From Synechococcus sp. A15-28 (lineage in GTDB: Bacteria; Cyanobacteriota; Cyanobacteriia; PCC-6307; Cyanobiaceae): 32,000 nucleotides of DNA. The translations under genes and the position numbers were made by a program. Shown here in pieces: positions 9,811 to 19,434 of this stretch (the first letter of the stretch is position 1; every line of letters begins with the position of its first letter). The DNA is taken from the NCBI RefSeq assembly GCF_014280175.1, contig NZ_CP047931.1, positions 480,001-512,000 of the forward strand, given 5' to 3'. The notes beneath the pieces are model-generated. The model was not told the origin of the DNA and did not search any database. It saw only the letters and a program-made list of their open reading frames with translations.

Positions 9811-10563
9811 ATGCCCCAGCTCCGCAGCAGCCGTGAGGTGGATGTGTCCTCGTTCCTGGAGGACGGCCTGGCCGTGAAGCAGCACCTGCAGCGCTACCTG
9901 GATCTCTCGTCCGAGGAGCTGGAGCGGCGATTGCCCAGCAGCACGGACGACCTGGCGGATCTGCATCCGGGAGCCTTCCGGCCGGAGGACGCCACGACCT
10001 TCTATGAGGACACGGTGGGGACGGGCCATCTGCTGGAGCTGGCGGCCTGGCACCTCAGCAGTGCGGATTACATCGCCGACACCCTGCGGCTGCAGGGGAT
10101 GACCGCCCGGGGGCAGGTGCTGGACTTCGGTGGCGGCATCGGCACCCATGCCCTCTCGGCAGCGGCCTTACCCCAGGTGGATCACGTCTGGTTCGTGGAC
10201 CTCAACCCCCACAACCAGGCCTTTGTCGAGCAACGGGCGGCCGCTCTTGGGCTCTCCGAGAAGCTCTCGTTGCATCGGGATCTGGAGTCCACCGGCGCGG
10301 TGCGCTTCGACACGGTGGTCTGCCTTGATGTGCTGGAACATCTGCCTGATCCGTCTACGCAACTGATGGCGTTTCATCAGCGCATGGCATCCGATGCCAC
10401 CGCCTTGCTGAACTGGTACTTCTTCAAGGGTCACGACGGCGAATATCCCTTCCATTTCGATGATCCGACGCTGGTGGATCAGTTCTTCACAACCCTGCAG
10501 GGACGTTTCCTTGAGGTGTTTCACCCATTGCTGATCACCGCTCGCCTCTATCGGCCGATCTGA
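9811..10563 (+). CDS. class I SAM-dependent methyltransferase
   Basis: VLDFGGGIGTHALSAAALPQVDHVWFVDLNP (motif I) and FDTVVCLDVLEHLPDPSTQL; 250 aa. Confidence 0.85.
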   Translation: MPQLRSSREVDVSSFLEDGLAVKQHLQRYLDLSSEELERRLPSSTDDLADLHPGAFRPEDATTFYEDTVGTGHLLELAAWHLSSADYIADTLRLQGMTARGQVLDFGGGIGTHALSAAALPQVDHVWFVDLNPHNQAFVEQRAAALGLSEKLSLHRDLESTGAVRFDTVVCLDVLEHLPDPSTQLMAFHQRMASDATALLNWYFFKGHDGEYPFHFDDPTLVDQFFTTLQGRFLEVFHPLLITARLYRPI

Positions 10564-10645
10564 CAGTCGCCATTGAACAGCCCCAGCGACCTGGCGGTGC
10601 TGGGGCTCGCGTTGATCGGATTGGAGTTCGTGCTGCGCCGTGCGA

Positions 10646-10906
10646 TCAGGCGGTGATGTTGATCCGCTTGCGGTTGCGCAGGCCGCGGCGGATGGTCTCG
10701 AACTTCACCACACCAGCGGTGAGGGCGAACAGGGTGTCGTCCTTGCCGATGCCCACGTTGACGCCGGGCAGCACCGAGGTGCCGCGCTGACGGATGAGGA
10801 TGGAACCAGCGGTGACGGTTTCGCCGCCGTAGGCCTTCACGCCAAGGCGCTTGGCGTTGGAATCGCGACCGTTGCGTGTGGAGCCTGTGCCTTTCTTATG
10901 AGCCAT
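10646..10906 (-). CDS. rpmA: 50S ribosomal protein L27
   Basis: [43 protein letters not shown]... Confidence 0.98.
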   Translation of the reverse strand: MAHKKGTGSTRNGRDSNAKRLGVKAYGGETVTAGSILIRQRGTSVLPGVNVGIGKDDTLFALTAGVVKFETIRRGLRNRKRINITA

Positions 10907-10949
10907 GGGTGGAAATGGATGGAGGGCGGTGCGGGGAGAACCGGGAGGG

Positions 10950-11366
10950 TCAGCTGATGGCTTTGCCGCCCACGGCGATGGATTCAACCATCACCCGGGT
11001 GAGTTCCTGACGGTGACCATTCTTGCGCCGCGTCTTCTTTTTCGGGCGCATTTTGTACACGATCACCTTGGGGCCACGGCGGTGAGCCATCACCTTCAGG
11101 GTCACGGTGGCGTCTTTGACGAAGGGCTGTCCGAGGGTGGTGCCCTTGGAATCCTTCACCAGCAGAACGTTTTCGAGCTTGATGGTGTCATCAACCTCAG
11201 CGTGTAGGCGATCCACGTCGTAATAGCGGTTGGCCTGAACCCACATCTGGGTGCCGGAGGCTTCGACGATGGCGTAGCCCTCGGATGACGAGGCAGCGGC
11301 TGCTGGTGCTTTTGCCGTCGCTTCCTCAGCGTCGGTGCTGGCTTTGGCGGTTTTGGTGTCTGCCAT
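10950..11366 (-). CDS. rplU: 50S ribosomal protein L21
   Basis: [24 protein letters not shown]...[38 protein letters not shown]; Ala-rich N-terminal extension. Confidence 0.97.
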   Translation of the reverse strand: MADTKTAKASTDAEEATAKAPAAAASSSEGYAIVEASGTQMWVQANRYYDVDRLHAEVDDTIKLENVLLVKDSKGTTLGQPFVKDATVTLKVMAHRRGPKVIVYKMRPKKKTRRKNGHRQELTRVMVESIAVGGKAIS

Positions 11367-11496
11367 GGAGTAGAGACACGGTCAGGCTCGGCCGAAACCG
11401 ATTCAGCCTGATCCGCAATCGAAAGACAAACAAAGATCTTCGATCATCGAGGTCCCCGTCGTCAACATTCAGGAACATTGACTTCCTGACCGCCGG

Positions 11497-12387
11497 ATGG
11501 CCAGGCCGGGCCTCACGATCGCCTTATTGCTCACGACACCAGCTCTGGTGGATGCCTGCAGACAGTGGTTGCCGGAGACGCGTTACCACTCCCTTGATTT
11601 GAGTCGCCTTGACCAGGGGGAGGAGCCGATTGATCTTGTCGGCACCCTGGCGGCTCAGCAGGAGGAGATCGACGCGGTGGTGGTGGAGCAGCAGCTGCTG
11701 GATGCCACCAGCCGCGAGCAGTTGCTCGGCCGGGGGCTGTTGTTCCCCGCCGTAGTGGTGGGTGAGGTGAAGGGCCATGTGGACTACCACTCCGAGGAGC
11801 TGCACCTCGCTGACGATCAGCTGGCCCAGCTGGGATACACCGTTGATGCCGCCATCTCACGCTTCCTGCGCCAGGGACGTGCCGACGGGCGCTCGGATGA
11901 CGCTGGGCTGGCATCCGTGGACAAGTTGTCCCGCCGCCTGCAGGAACGGCTCGGCTACCTCGGGGTCTTCTACAAGCGCGATCCTTCCCGGTTCCTCGGC
12001 AGCCTTCCCGCCGAGGAACGTCAGGAACTGCTGGAGTCGTTGCAGCGCACGTATCGCGATCTGCTGATCAGTTATTTCAGCGACCCAGCAGCGTCAAACC
12101 AGGCCTTGGAGAGTTTCGTCAACACCGCCTTTTTCAGTGATCTGCCGATCACCAGAACCGTTGAAATCCACGTGGATCAGATCGATGAGTTCTGGAAGCA
12201 GCTGCGGCTGGAAGGGCATAAAAGCGATTTTCTTCAGGATTACCGCCTTGCGCTTCTCGATGTGATGGCCCATCTGTGTGAGATGTATCGGCGCTCCATC
12301 CCGCCGGACATCCCTCTCACCGGTTTGGCTTCCGGCCGACACCGAAGGGAGGCTGATTTGCCGGATGCCCCTGAGGTGTCGTCATGA
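11497..12387 (+). CDS. kaiA: circadian clock protein KaiA
   Basis: 296 aa; C-terminal half [26 protein letters not shown]...[13 protein letters not shown]-like...[40 protein letters not shown]; immediately upstream of kaiB and kaiC. Confidence 0.95.
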   Translation: MARPGLTIALLLTTPALVDACRQWLPETRYHSLDLSRLDQGEEPIDLVGTLAAQQEEIDAVVVEQQLLDATSREQLLGRGLLFPAVVVGEVKGHVDYHSEELHLADDQLAQLGYTVDAAISRFLRQGRADGRSDDAGLASVDKLSRRLQERLGYLGVFYKRDPSRFLGSLPAEERQELLESLQRTYRDLLISYFSDPAASNQALESFVNTAFFSDLPITRTVEIHVDQIDEFWKQLRLEGHKSDFLQDYRLALLDVMAHLCEMYRRSIPPDIPLTGLASGRHRREADLPDAPEVSS

Positions 12388-12758
12388 GCCCACGCAAGAC
12401 CTACATCCTCAAGCTGTACGTCGCCGGCAACACGCCGAATTCGATGCGGGCCCTCAAAACGCTGCGCAACATCCTCGAAACCGAGTTCCGAGGCGTCTAT
12501 GCCCTGAAGGTGATTGACGTGCTCAAAAACCCTCAGCTCGCGGAAGAGGACAAGATCCTGGCGACCCCCACGCTTGCGAAGATCCTGCCTCCACCGGTGC
12601 GACGCATCATTGGCGATCTGTCCGATCGTGAGCGGGTGCTGATCGGTCTCGATCTTCTGTACGACGAGCTGGCCGACAACGCCTTCGGTTCCGGCTATCT
12701 GGATGCGGTGGATGAGGAGAACGACACGTCGACGACGGAATCGACATCGGATTCTTAA
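12384..12758 (+). CDS. kaiB: circadian clock protein KaiB
   Basis: [35 protein letters not shown]...[59 protein letters not shown]; ATGA overlap with kaiA. Confidence 0.98.
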   Translation: MSPRKTYILKLYVAGNTPNSMRALKTLRNILETEFRGVYALKVIDVLKNPQLAEEDKILATPTLAKILPPPVRRIIGDLSDRERVLIGLDLLYDELADNAFGSGYLDAVDEENDTSTTESTSDS

Positions 12759-12824
12759 GCCAGATGGTGATCGATCTCCCCCCCCAGACAGACCTCCCTA
12801 CGGTCCTTTTATAGGTGTTGCGCC

Positions 12825-14363
12825 ATGCAGTTTCCCCCAACCAGCGGCTCGACTCAGATGCAGGTGCAGAAGCTCCCCACCGGCATCGAGGGCTTTGATG
12901 ATGTCTGCCAGGGCGGCCTGCCGATCGGGCGCAGCACCCTGATCAGCGGAACCTCCGGCACCGGCAAGACGGTGTTCTCGCTGCACTTCCTCCATAACGG
13001 CATCAAGCACTTCGATGAGCCGGGCATCTTCGTCACCTTCGAGGAGTCGCCGCTCGACATCCTGCGCAATGCCGCCAGCTTCGGCTGGAACCTGCTGGAG
13101 ATGGTGGAACAGGACAAGCTGTTCATCCTTGACGCATCACCGGATCCCGATGGCCAGGATGTGGCCGGCAGTTTCGATCTCTCCGGCCTGATCGAGCGGA
13201 TCAATTACGCCATCCGCAAGTACAAGGCCAAGCGGGTGGCGATCGACTCGATCACGGCGGTGTTTCAGCAGTACGACGCGGTGTTCGTTGTCCGACGGGA
13301 GATCTTCCGGCTGATCGCTCGGCTGAAGGAGATCGGCGTCACCACGGTGATGACAACCGAACGCATCGATGAGTACGGACCGATTGCGCGCTACGGGGTC
13401 GAGGAGTTCGTCTCCGACAACGTGGTGATCCTGCGCAACGTGTTGGAGGGTGAGCGCCGTCGCCGCACGGTGGAGATCCTCAAGCTGCGGGGCACCACTC
13501 ATATGAAGGGGGAATTCCCCTTCACCATGGGCACCCACGGCATCAGCATCTTCCCGCTGGGGGCCATGCGTCTCACCCAGCGCTCCTCCAATGTTCGGGT
13601 GAGCTCCGGTGTGCCGCGGCTGGACGACATGTGCGGCGGTGGTTTCTTCAAGGATTCGATCATCCTGGCCACCGGCGCCACCGGTACCGGCAAGACCCTG
13701 CTGGTGTCCAAATTCATTGAAGACGCCTGTCGGAACAAGGAGCGGGCGATCCTCTTCGCCTACGAGGAGTCCCGGGCCCAGTTGCTGCGCAACGGCACGA
13801 GCTGGGGCATCGACTTTGAGCAGATGGAGCAGGACGGGTGGCTGAAGATCATCTGCGCCTACCCCGAATCCACCGGGCTGGAGGATCACCTCCAGATCAT
13901 CAAGACGGAGATCAGCCAGTTCAAGCCATCCCGGATGGCCATCGACTCCCTCTCAGCTCTGGCCCGGGGTGTGAGCCATAACGCCTTCCGGCAGTTCGTG
14001 ATCGGCGTGACCGGTTACGCCAAGCAGGAGGAGATCGCCGGCTTCTTTACGAACACCTCCGAGGAGTTCATGGGCAGCCACTCGATCACCGATTCCCACA
14101 TCTCCACGATCACCGACACGATCCTGCTGCTGCAGTACGTGGAGATCCGTGGGGAGATGGCCCGGGCCCTCAACGTGTTCAAGATGCGCGGCTCCTGGCA
14201 CGACAAGGGCATCCGCGAGTTTGTGATCACCGGCAATGGTCCGCAGATCAAGGATTCCTTCTCCAACTTCGAGCGGATCATTTCCGGCGTGCCCCATCGG
14301 GTGACCACCGACGAGCGCAGCGAACTGTCCCGTATCGCCCGCGGCGTCTCCAGCGACGACTAA
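12825..14363 (+). CDS. kaiC: circadian clock ATPase/kinase KaiC
   Basis: 512 aa; duplicated Walker A (GTSGTGKT, GATGTGKT), phosphorylation-site segment GSHSITDSHISTITDT, GEMARALNVFKMRGSWHDKGIREF. Confidence 0.98.
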   Translation: MQFPPTSGSTQMQVQKLPTGIEGFDDVCQGGLPIGRSTLISGTSGTGKTVFSLHFLHNGIKHFDEPGIFVTFEESPLDILRNAASFGWNLLEMVEQDKLFILDASPDPDGQDVAGSFDLSGLIERINYAIRKYKAKRVAIDSITAVFQQYDAVFVVRREIFRLIARLKEIGVTTVMTTERIDEYGPIARYGVEEFVSDNVVILRNVLEGERRRRTVEILKLRGTTHMKGEFPFTMGTHGISIFPLGAMRLTQRSSNVRVSSGVPRLDDMCGGGFFKDSIILATGATGTGKTLLVSKFIEDACRNKERAILFAYEESRAQLLRNGTSWGIDFEQMEQDGWLKIICAYPESTGLEDHLQIIKTEISQFKPSRMAIDSLSALARGVSHNAFRQFVIGVTGYAKQEEIAGFFTNTSEEFMGSHSITDSHISTITDTILLLQYVEIRGEMARALNVFKMRGSWHDKGIREFVITGNGPQIKDSFSNFERIISGVPHRVTTDERSELSRIARGVSSDD

Positions 14364-16402
14364 GCCGTCTGACCAGCGGTGGAGCGGCGTTCGGCCTGAA
14401 GCTTCAGCTCATCCATATCGGCCTCTCCGAGGGGCAGGTCAAACCAGAAGGTTGTGCCCACCTCCGGCTCACTGGCCATGGAGACCTTGCTGCCGTGCTT
14501 CTCGAGGATTCCACGCACAATCGACAGGCCGAGTCCGGTTCCCACTTCGGTGTGAACGGCGTTTTCAACACGGAAGAAGCGATCGAAGATCCGCTCTTGG
14601 TCGGCGGCGCTAATGCCGCAACCGGTGTCGGCCACCTCCACCCGCAGCCGCGGCAGCGGTGAGCTGAGGGCGCAGCTGGGGCCATCGTTTTCGCTGCTGG
14701 GGGATCCCACCGGACAGGTGTCGGGCCAGGGGTAGGCCCGCAGGGCCAGGGTGCCACCGGATCGGCTGAATTTCAGGGCATTGCCCACCAGGTTGTCGAG
14801 CACCTGCAGCAACAGATCCCAGTTGCCCAGCACCTCTGGCAGATCCTCCGCCGCATCCAGCAGCAGCTCCACCTGCTTGTCATCAGCATTGAGTCGGTAT
14901 GTGCGCAGGGTCTGCTCCATGGCGGGGAGCAGATTCATCGCTTCGAACTGAACGGCACGACCGGACTCCAGACGTGAGAGGTCGAGCACGTCATTGACGA
15001 GCCGGGTGAGGCGATCGGTTTCGTCATTGGCGATGCCGAGGAACTCCTTGTGTTCATCAGGGCTGAGCTGATCACCGAGGTCGTGCAGGGTTTCGACGTA
15101 GCTCTTGATGTTGAACAGCGGCGTGCGCAGTTCGTGGGAGACGTTGCTGATGAAACGACTCTGGGCGGCATTCAGTTCCACCTCCCTGGTGAGGTCCTGC
15201 ACGGTGACGGCGATGCCCTTGAGCGATTCGCCGCTGGCATCCCGTACGGCCTGCATCACGATGCGCAGGGTTCGGCTCGGTTCTCCGACGCTGCAGCGCA
15301 GGTCCTCGCTGTCAGCGCCACTGATCAGCAGCAGATCGAGGGGGGCCTGCAGTTCGATCGCCAGCAGGTCCGGCAGCTCCGCCACCAGCTCCCTGCCCTC
15401 CAGCTTGCGGCCTTCCCAGCGGAACAGACGCCGGGCGGTGGGGTTGGCCAGCACGATCCGCCCCTGTTCATCCAGAAGAATGGCGCCGTCGGCCATCGTC
15501 GCAATCAACGACTGCTGCTTCACCTGAGCTGCGGTGAGCTCCTCGATGTTGGCCTCGTCGTAGGCCTCGAGCTGGGAGGCCATCGCATTGAAGCCGGTGA
15601 GCAGTTCCCCCAGTTCACCGCCCACCGGCAGATCGATGCGGGCCTGGAAGTTGCCGAGGGAGATCGATCGCACCCCACGCAGCAGTTCCTTCACCGGGCG
15701 GGTGATGGTGAGGGCGTTGAACACAGCGCCCAGGATCACCAGCACCCAGATCGAGATGAACACCGCCACCGTCACCTCCCGGGTGAGGGCGGCACTGGCC
15801 AGGGCGGTTTCATTGGGGTTCACCCCCAAACCGAGCACGCCGTAGTAACGGCCGTTGCGGATCAGGGGCACGAACACATCGGTGACCCGACCCTGGGGGG
15901 TGAGGTGCTGCCGCACCAGCGGATTCTGCGGGCGACGGCGCAGCTCGTCGGGGAGCTCCAGGCGTCGATTGAGGCGCAAGTCACCCTCGCCACCCTCGGT
16001 GGCGCCACTGATCGGAATGCCGAGGTAGACGACACCGTCTGGATCGGCGAAGAAGATGTAGCGAACACTGCGGCTGGACCGCCAGAACTTCTCGGCCACA
16101 TTGGCCAGCTCGCGGTCCTGTTCCTGGGCCACCAGTTCGGTGACGTTTCCGGCCAGCAGCAGCCCCAGATCACGGGCATAGCGGGTGTCATTCATCACGG
16201 CATCGCGCTGGATGCCGTTCAAGGCCAGGAAGGTGATGCCGGTCATCACCAGGCTCACCACGAGGGTGGCGATGGCCAGAAGTTTGGTCTGCAGGCTGAA
16301 TTCAGCCCACCAGGCGACGACGCGACGCCAGAACCCATCGGATCCGGGATCTGGCCCACCGGGTTGCGGCAGGGCCCAGTCGGCGGTCGCGGGGGTGGTC
16401 AT
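14360..16402 (-). CDS. nblS: sensor histidine kinase, NblS/Hik33 (DspA) type
   Basis: 680 aa; extracytoplasmic sensor segment, HAMP (ITRPVKELLRGVRSISLGNF), PAS-like region, H-box FISNVSHELRTPLFNIKSYVETL, N/G boxes NLVGNALKF...GTGLGLSIVRGILEKHGS. Confidence 0.9.
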   Translation of the reverse strand: MTTPATADWALPQPGGPDPGSDGFWRRVVAWWAEFSLQTKLLAIATLVVSLVMTGITFLALNGIQRDAVMNDTRYARDLGLLLAGNVTELVAQEQDRELANVAEKFWRSSRSVRYIFFADPDGVVYLGIPISGATEGGEGDLRLNRRLELPDELRRRPQNPLVRQHLTPQGRVTDVFVPLIRNGRYYGVLGLGVNPNETALASAALTREVTVAVFISIWVLVILGAVFNALTITRPVKELLRGVRSISLGNFQARIDLPVGGELGELLTGFNAMASQLEAYDEANIEELTAAQVKQQSLIATMADGAILLDEQGRIVLANPTARRLFRWEGRKLEGRELVAELPDLLAIELQAPLDLLLISGADSEDLRCSVGEPSRTLRIVMQAVRDASGESLKGIAVTVQDLTREVELNAAQSRFISNVSHELRTPLFNIKSYVETLHDLGDQLSPDEHKEFLGIANDETDRLTRLVNDVLDLSRLESGRAVQFEAMNLLPAMEQTLRTYRLNADDKQVELLLDAAEDLPEVLGNWDLLLQVLDNLVGNALKFSRSGGTLALRAYPWPDTCPVGSPSSENDGPSCALSSPLPRLRVEVADTGCGISAADQERIFDRFFRVENAVHTEVGTGLGLSIVRGILEKHGSKVSMASEPEVGTTFWFDLPLGEADMDELKLQAERRSTAGQTA

Positions 16403-17706
16403 CCGCTGGAGCGAACCTGATGGCCAATGTCGCGACGGTAAGTGATCCCGTCGAATTGCACCTCCTCAAGGCCGCTGTAGGCAACGGCGAAGGCCTGATC
16501 AAAGCTGTCCCCCTGGGCGACGACTGCCAGCACGCGCCCCCCGGCGGTGATCAGCGCACCGTCGTCCCGACGTTTGGTGCCGGCGTGGAACAGCTGGCGG
16601 TTCGCTGTGTTGCTGAAGCCCAGCTGGATGGCATCGCCCTTGCGCGGAGCGTCGGGGTAGCCGGAGGCTGCCGCCACCACACAGGCGCTGCAGCGTGGAT
16701 CGATCGAAAGAGTCGGGGCCAGGTCGAGCTGTCCCAGGGCACAGGCCTGCAGCACCCGCGCCAGCTCTGGCCCCAGGAGCGGCATCAGGGTCTGACATTC
16801 CGGATCGCCGAAACGGCAGTTGAATTCGATCACCTGGGGTCCCGCGTCGGTGAGCATCAGGCCGGCGTAGATGACGCCGCGGTAGTCGATGCCACGGGCC
16901 TTCAGCGCCTGCAGCGTTGGCTCCAGCACCCGACGGCGAACCTGATCGAGACCCTCGGCATCCAGCAGGGGGGCCGGGGCATAGGCCCCCATGCCGCCGG
17001 TGTTGGGACCTTGGTCTCCCTCCAGCAATCGCTTGTGGTCTTGGGCCGGTGGCAGCAGCACCATCCGTTCGCCGTCGCAGAGGGCGAACACCGACACCTC
17101 GGGGCCCTGCAGCCGCTCCTCCAGCAGCAGATGGGAGCCGGCGCTGCCGAAGCGTCCGGCGAAGGCCTCCCGGATCGCCGCTTCCGCCTGCTCCATTGAG
17201 TCGGCAACGGTGACCCCCTTGCCCGCTGCCAGACCATCGGCCTTCACCACCAGCGGCCGGCCCACCTCCGCCAGCACATCCAGGGCGGCTGATTCGCTGG
17301 TCACGGACCAGTGGCCGGCGGTGGGCACACCAGCCTCCTGCATCAATTGCTTGGCCCAGGCTTTGCTGGCTTCCAGTTGCGCCCCCTGTGCCCCCGGGCC
17401 GAATACGGCGATCCCGGCCTGCCGCAGGTCATCGGCCACCCCGACGGCCAGAGGGGCTTCCGGACCCACCACCACCAGGTCGACAGATTGGGTCTGGCAG
17501 TGGGCGATGAGAGCGGCGCTGTCGGTCTCCGCAATGGTCAGGGCCTGCTGGTCGCTGCCGGCATTGCCCGGGGTGATCCAGACCCTTTCGATGGCGTCAT
17601 GGCGCTGCAGGGCCCAGCTCAGGGCATGTTCGCGCCCGCCAGCGCCGACAACGAGCACCCGCCGCAGCTCGGGCAGGGTGTGGGGACGGGTGGACGAGAT
17701 GGCCAT
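16399..17706 (-). CDS. purD: phosphoribosylamine--glycine ligase
   Basis: RVLVVGAGGREHALSWALQRH, KPLVVKADGLAAGKGVTVAD-like motif, EFNCRFGDPECQTLMPLL; ATG 17706 (MAISSTRPHTLPELRR) preferred over tracked start 17787. Confidence 0.96.
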   Translation of the reverse strand: MAISSTRPHTLPELRRVLVVGAGGREHALSWALQRHDAIERVWITPGNAGSDQQALTIAETDSAALIAHCQTQSVDLVVVGPEAPLAVGVADDLRQAGIAVFGPGAQGAQLEASKAWAKQLMQEAGVPTAGHWSVTSESAALDVLAEVGRPLVVKADGLAAGKGVTVADSMEQAEAAIREAFAGRFGSAGSHLLLEERLQGPEVSVFALCDGERMVLLPPAQDHKRLLEGDQGPNTGGMGAYAPAPLLDAEGLDQVRRRVLEPTLQALKARGIDYRGVIYAGLMLTDAGPQVIEFNCRFGDPECQTLMPLLGPELARVLQACALGQLDLAPTLSIDPRCSACVVAAASGYPDAPRKGDAIQLGFSNTANRQLFHAGTKRRDDGALITAGGRVLAVVAQGDSFDQAFAVAYSGLEEVQFDGITYRRDIGHQVRSSG

Positions 17707-17764
17707 GGGGGCAGATCGGAGCGGAGGGGCCTCGTAGGTTCTCCGTTGTAGAACGCAGCCCGTC

Positions 17765-18643
17765 ATGGGGATCCAGCCCCTGTCCATGCTGCTGTCGCTG
17801 CTGGCGGCGGCGGCACCCCTGAGCGAGCCCCACCCGATGGCCGAGGAGCGCTTCCGGCAATGGTTGCTGGAGTCGGATCTTCAGCAGCTGGAGCTGGGCT
17901 GCGGTGAACCCTTGATCGGGGCCAGCAATGGCCGTCGTCAGCAGATCCGCGATCGCTTGCTGGTGCTGCACCCAGCCCCTCAATCGTTTGAGCTGGTGAT
18001 GGCGAATGCCAATGCTCTGCTGACTTGCGGTTCAGCGGACAGTGCCGCGCGGGTGCTCAATCGGATCAGCCCAGCGGTGGGGGAGGAGCGCCGCCGCTGG
18101 CTTCGCCTGCGCTGGCAGGCTGCGGCGGCGGGGCTGGATCACCGCGAAGCGGCCCGGGCGCTGCGGCGACTGGTGAACGGTGATCTGATCGCCCTGGCGA
18201 ACCTGGACCTGGGCGATGGTCGCCTGGGGTTGGATCAATTGGCCTCGCATGAGGCGGCCCTGGGTCGAGAGGAGGAGGCCGCTGCCCTGTTGATGCTTGC
18301 CCCCAATGCGCAGCGTCTTGCCCAGGCGGCGGAGTGGCTGGCCGTCCTGGATGCCGCGGCCGCTGATCAGCTGCTGGAGCAGGCGCTGGATCAGGCGGCG
18401 GCTGATCAGGCCTGGGGGCTGGCGGTGGAGTTGCTGGAACTGCAGCTGAAGCTTCAGCTGGCGGCGGGTGGTGACGGCGCCCGGCCTCGGCAGCGGTTGC
18501 AACGCTTGGCGGCACAGTTGGATGACCGCTACAGCCTCTGGCGGTTGGAAGGCGGCGATGACCTGGATCTGGAGCTGCGATCGCCGCGGCAGCCGGGCGG
18601 CCATGCTGCGGTAGGAGATTCCCCAGATCCACCGTCCCCATGA
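17765..18643 (+). CDS. hypothetical protein, helical, possibly TPR-like
   Basis: 292-aa open frame with hydrophobic N-terminus ([15 protein letters not shown]) and Leu/Ala-rich helices; ATGA overlap with purC; alternative start at 17786. Confidence 0.75.
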   Translation: MGIQPLSMLLSLLAAAAPLSEPHPMAEERFRQWLLESDLQQLELGCGEPLIGASNGRRQQIRDRLLVLHPAPQSFELVMANANALLTCGSADSAARVLNRISPAVGEERRRWLRLRWQAAAAGLDHREAARALRRLVNGDLIALANLDLGDGRLGLDQLASHEAALGREEEAAALLMLAPNAQRLAQAAEWLAVLDAAAADQLLEQALDQAAADQAWGLAVELLELQLKLQLAAGGDGARPRQRLQRLAAQLDDRYSLWRLEGGDDLDLELRSPRQPGGHAAVGDSPDPPSP

Positions 18644-19392
18644 GTCCCGACCACGGCGAGCTGCTGTACGAAGGCAAGGCGAAGCGCATCTATGCCACCG
18701 ACTACCAGGAGCGGGTGTTGGTGGAATACAAGAACGATGCGACGGCGTTCAATGCCCAGAAGAAGGCGCAGCTGGAGGACAAGGGGAGGCTGAACTGCCA
18801 GATCTCAGCCCGGTTGTTTGAGTTGCTAGAGGCGCAGGGGATTCCCAGCCATTACCTGGGATTGGCGGGAGACGCCTGGATGCTGGTGCAGCGGGTGGAG
18901 GTGATTCCGCTAGAGGTGGTGTTGCGCAACATCGCCACCGGATCCTTGTGCCGTCAGACGCCGATCGCGGAGGGCACCCGCATCGATCCAGCGTTGCTTG
19001 ACCTCTATTACAAAGATGATGATCTGGGGGATCCGCTGTTGACGGACGCTCGGGTGCGGTTGATGGGGCTGGTGGATGACGCCCGTCTGTCAGCGATTGA
19101 ACAACTGGCGCGGCGGATCAATGGGGTGCTGCAGCCGTTTTTCAACGATCTGGAGCTGCAGTTGGTGGATTTCAAGCTTGAACTTGGCCTCAACAGGGCG
19201 GGTGAATTGCTGCTGGCCGATGAGATCAGCCCAGACACCTGCCGCTTCTGGGACCAGCGCAGCCGCGATGCCAACGATCGGATCCTGGATAAGGACCGCT
19301 TCCGAAAGGATCTCGGTGGCGTGATGGAGGCCTACGGGGAGGTCCTTAAACGGGTCCACACTGCCTGCCCCAACCCCCGCAACTGCCTGTAA
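18640..19392 (+). CDS. purC: phosphoribosylaminoimidazole-succinocarboxamide synthase
   Basis: [65 protein letters not shown]...[11 protein letters not shown]. Confidence 0.97.
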   Translation: MSPDHGELLYEGKAKRIYATDYQERVLVEYKNDATAFNAQKKAQLEDKGRLNCQISARLFELLEAQGIPSHYLGLAGDAWMLVQRVEVIPLEVVLRNIATGSLCRQTPIAEGTRIDPALLDLYYKDDDLGDPLLTDARVRLMGLVDDARLSAIEQLARRINGVLQPFFNDLELQLVDFKLELGLNRAGELLLADEISPDTCRFWDQRSRDANDRILDKDRFRKDLGGVMEAYGEVLKRVHTACPNPRNCL

Positions 19393-19434
19393 GGTCAGCG
19401 GACCTTTTGTGGCTTCGGCCCTGATCGCGCCTCG

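Noticed and set aside
11497-14363. kaiABC cluster itself as novel
   Set aside because: Complete kaiABC is well known in Synechococcus; only its local architecture is worth noting
15050-16420. 456-aa plus-strand ORF antisense to nblS
   Set aside because: Shadow frame of a clear histidine kinase; composition (His, Gln, Gly-rich) is artefactual
17949-17956. HIP1 palindrome GCGATCGC
   Set aside because: Only one copy noticed in the window, no enrichment as in freshwater cyanobacteria; chance occurrence in GC-rich DNA
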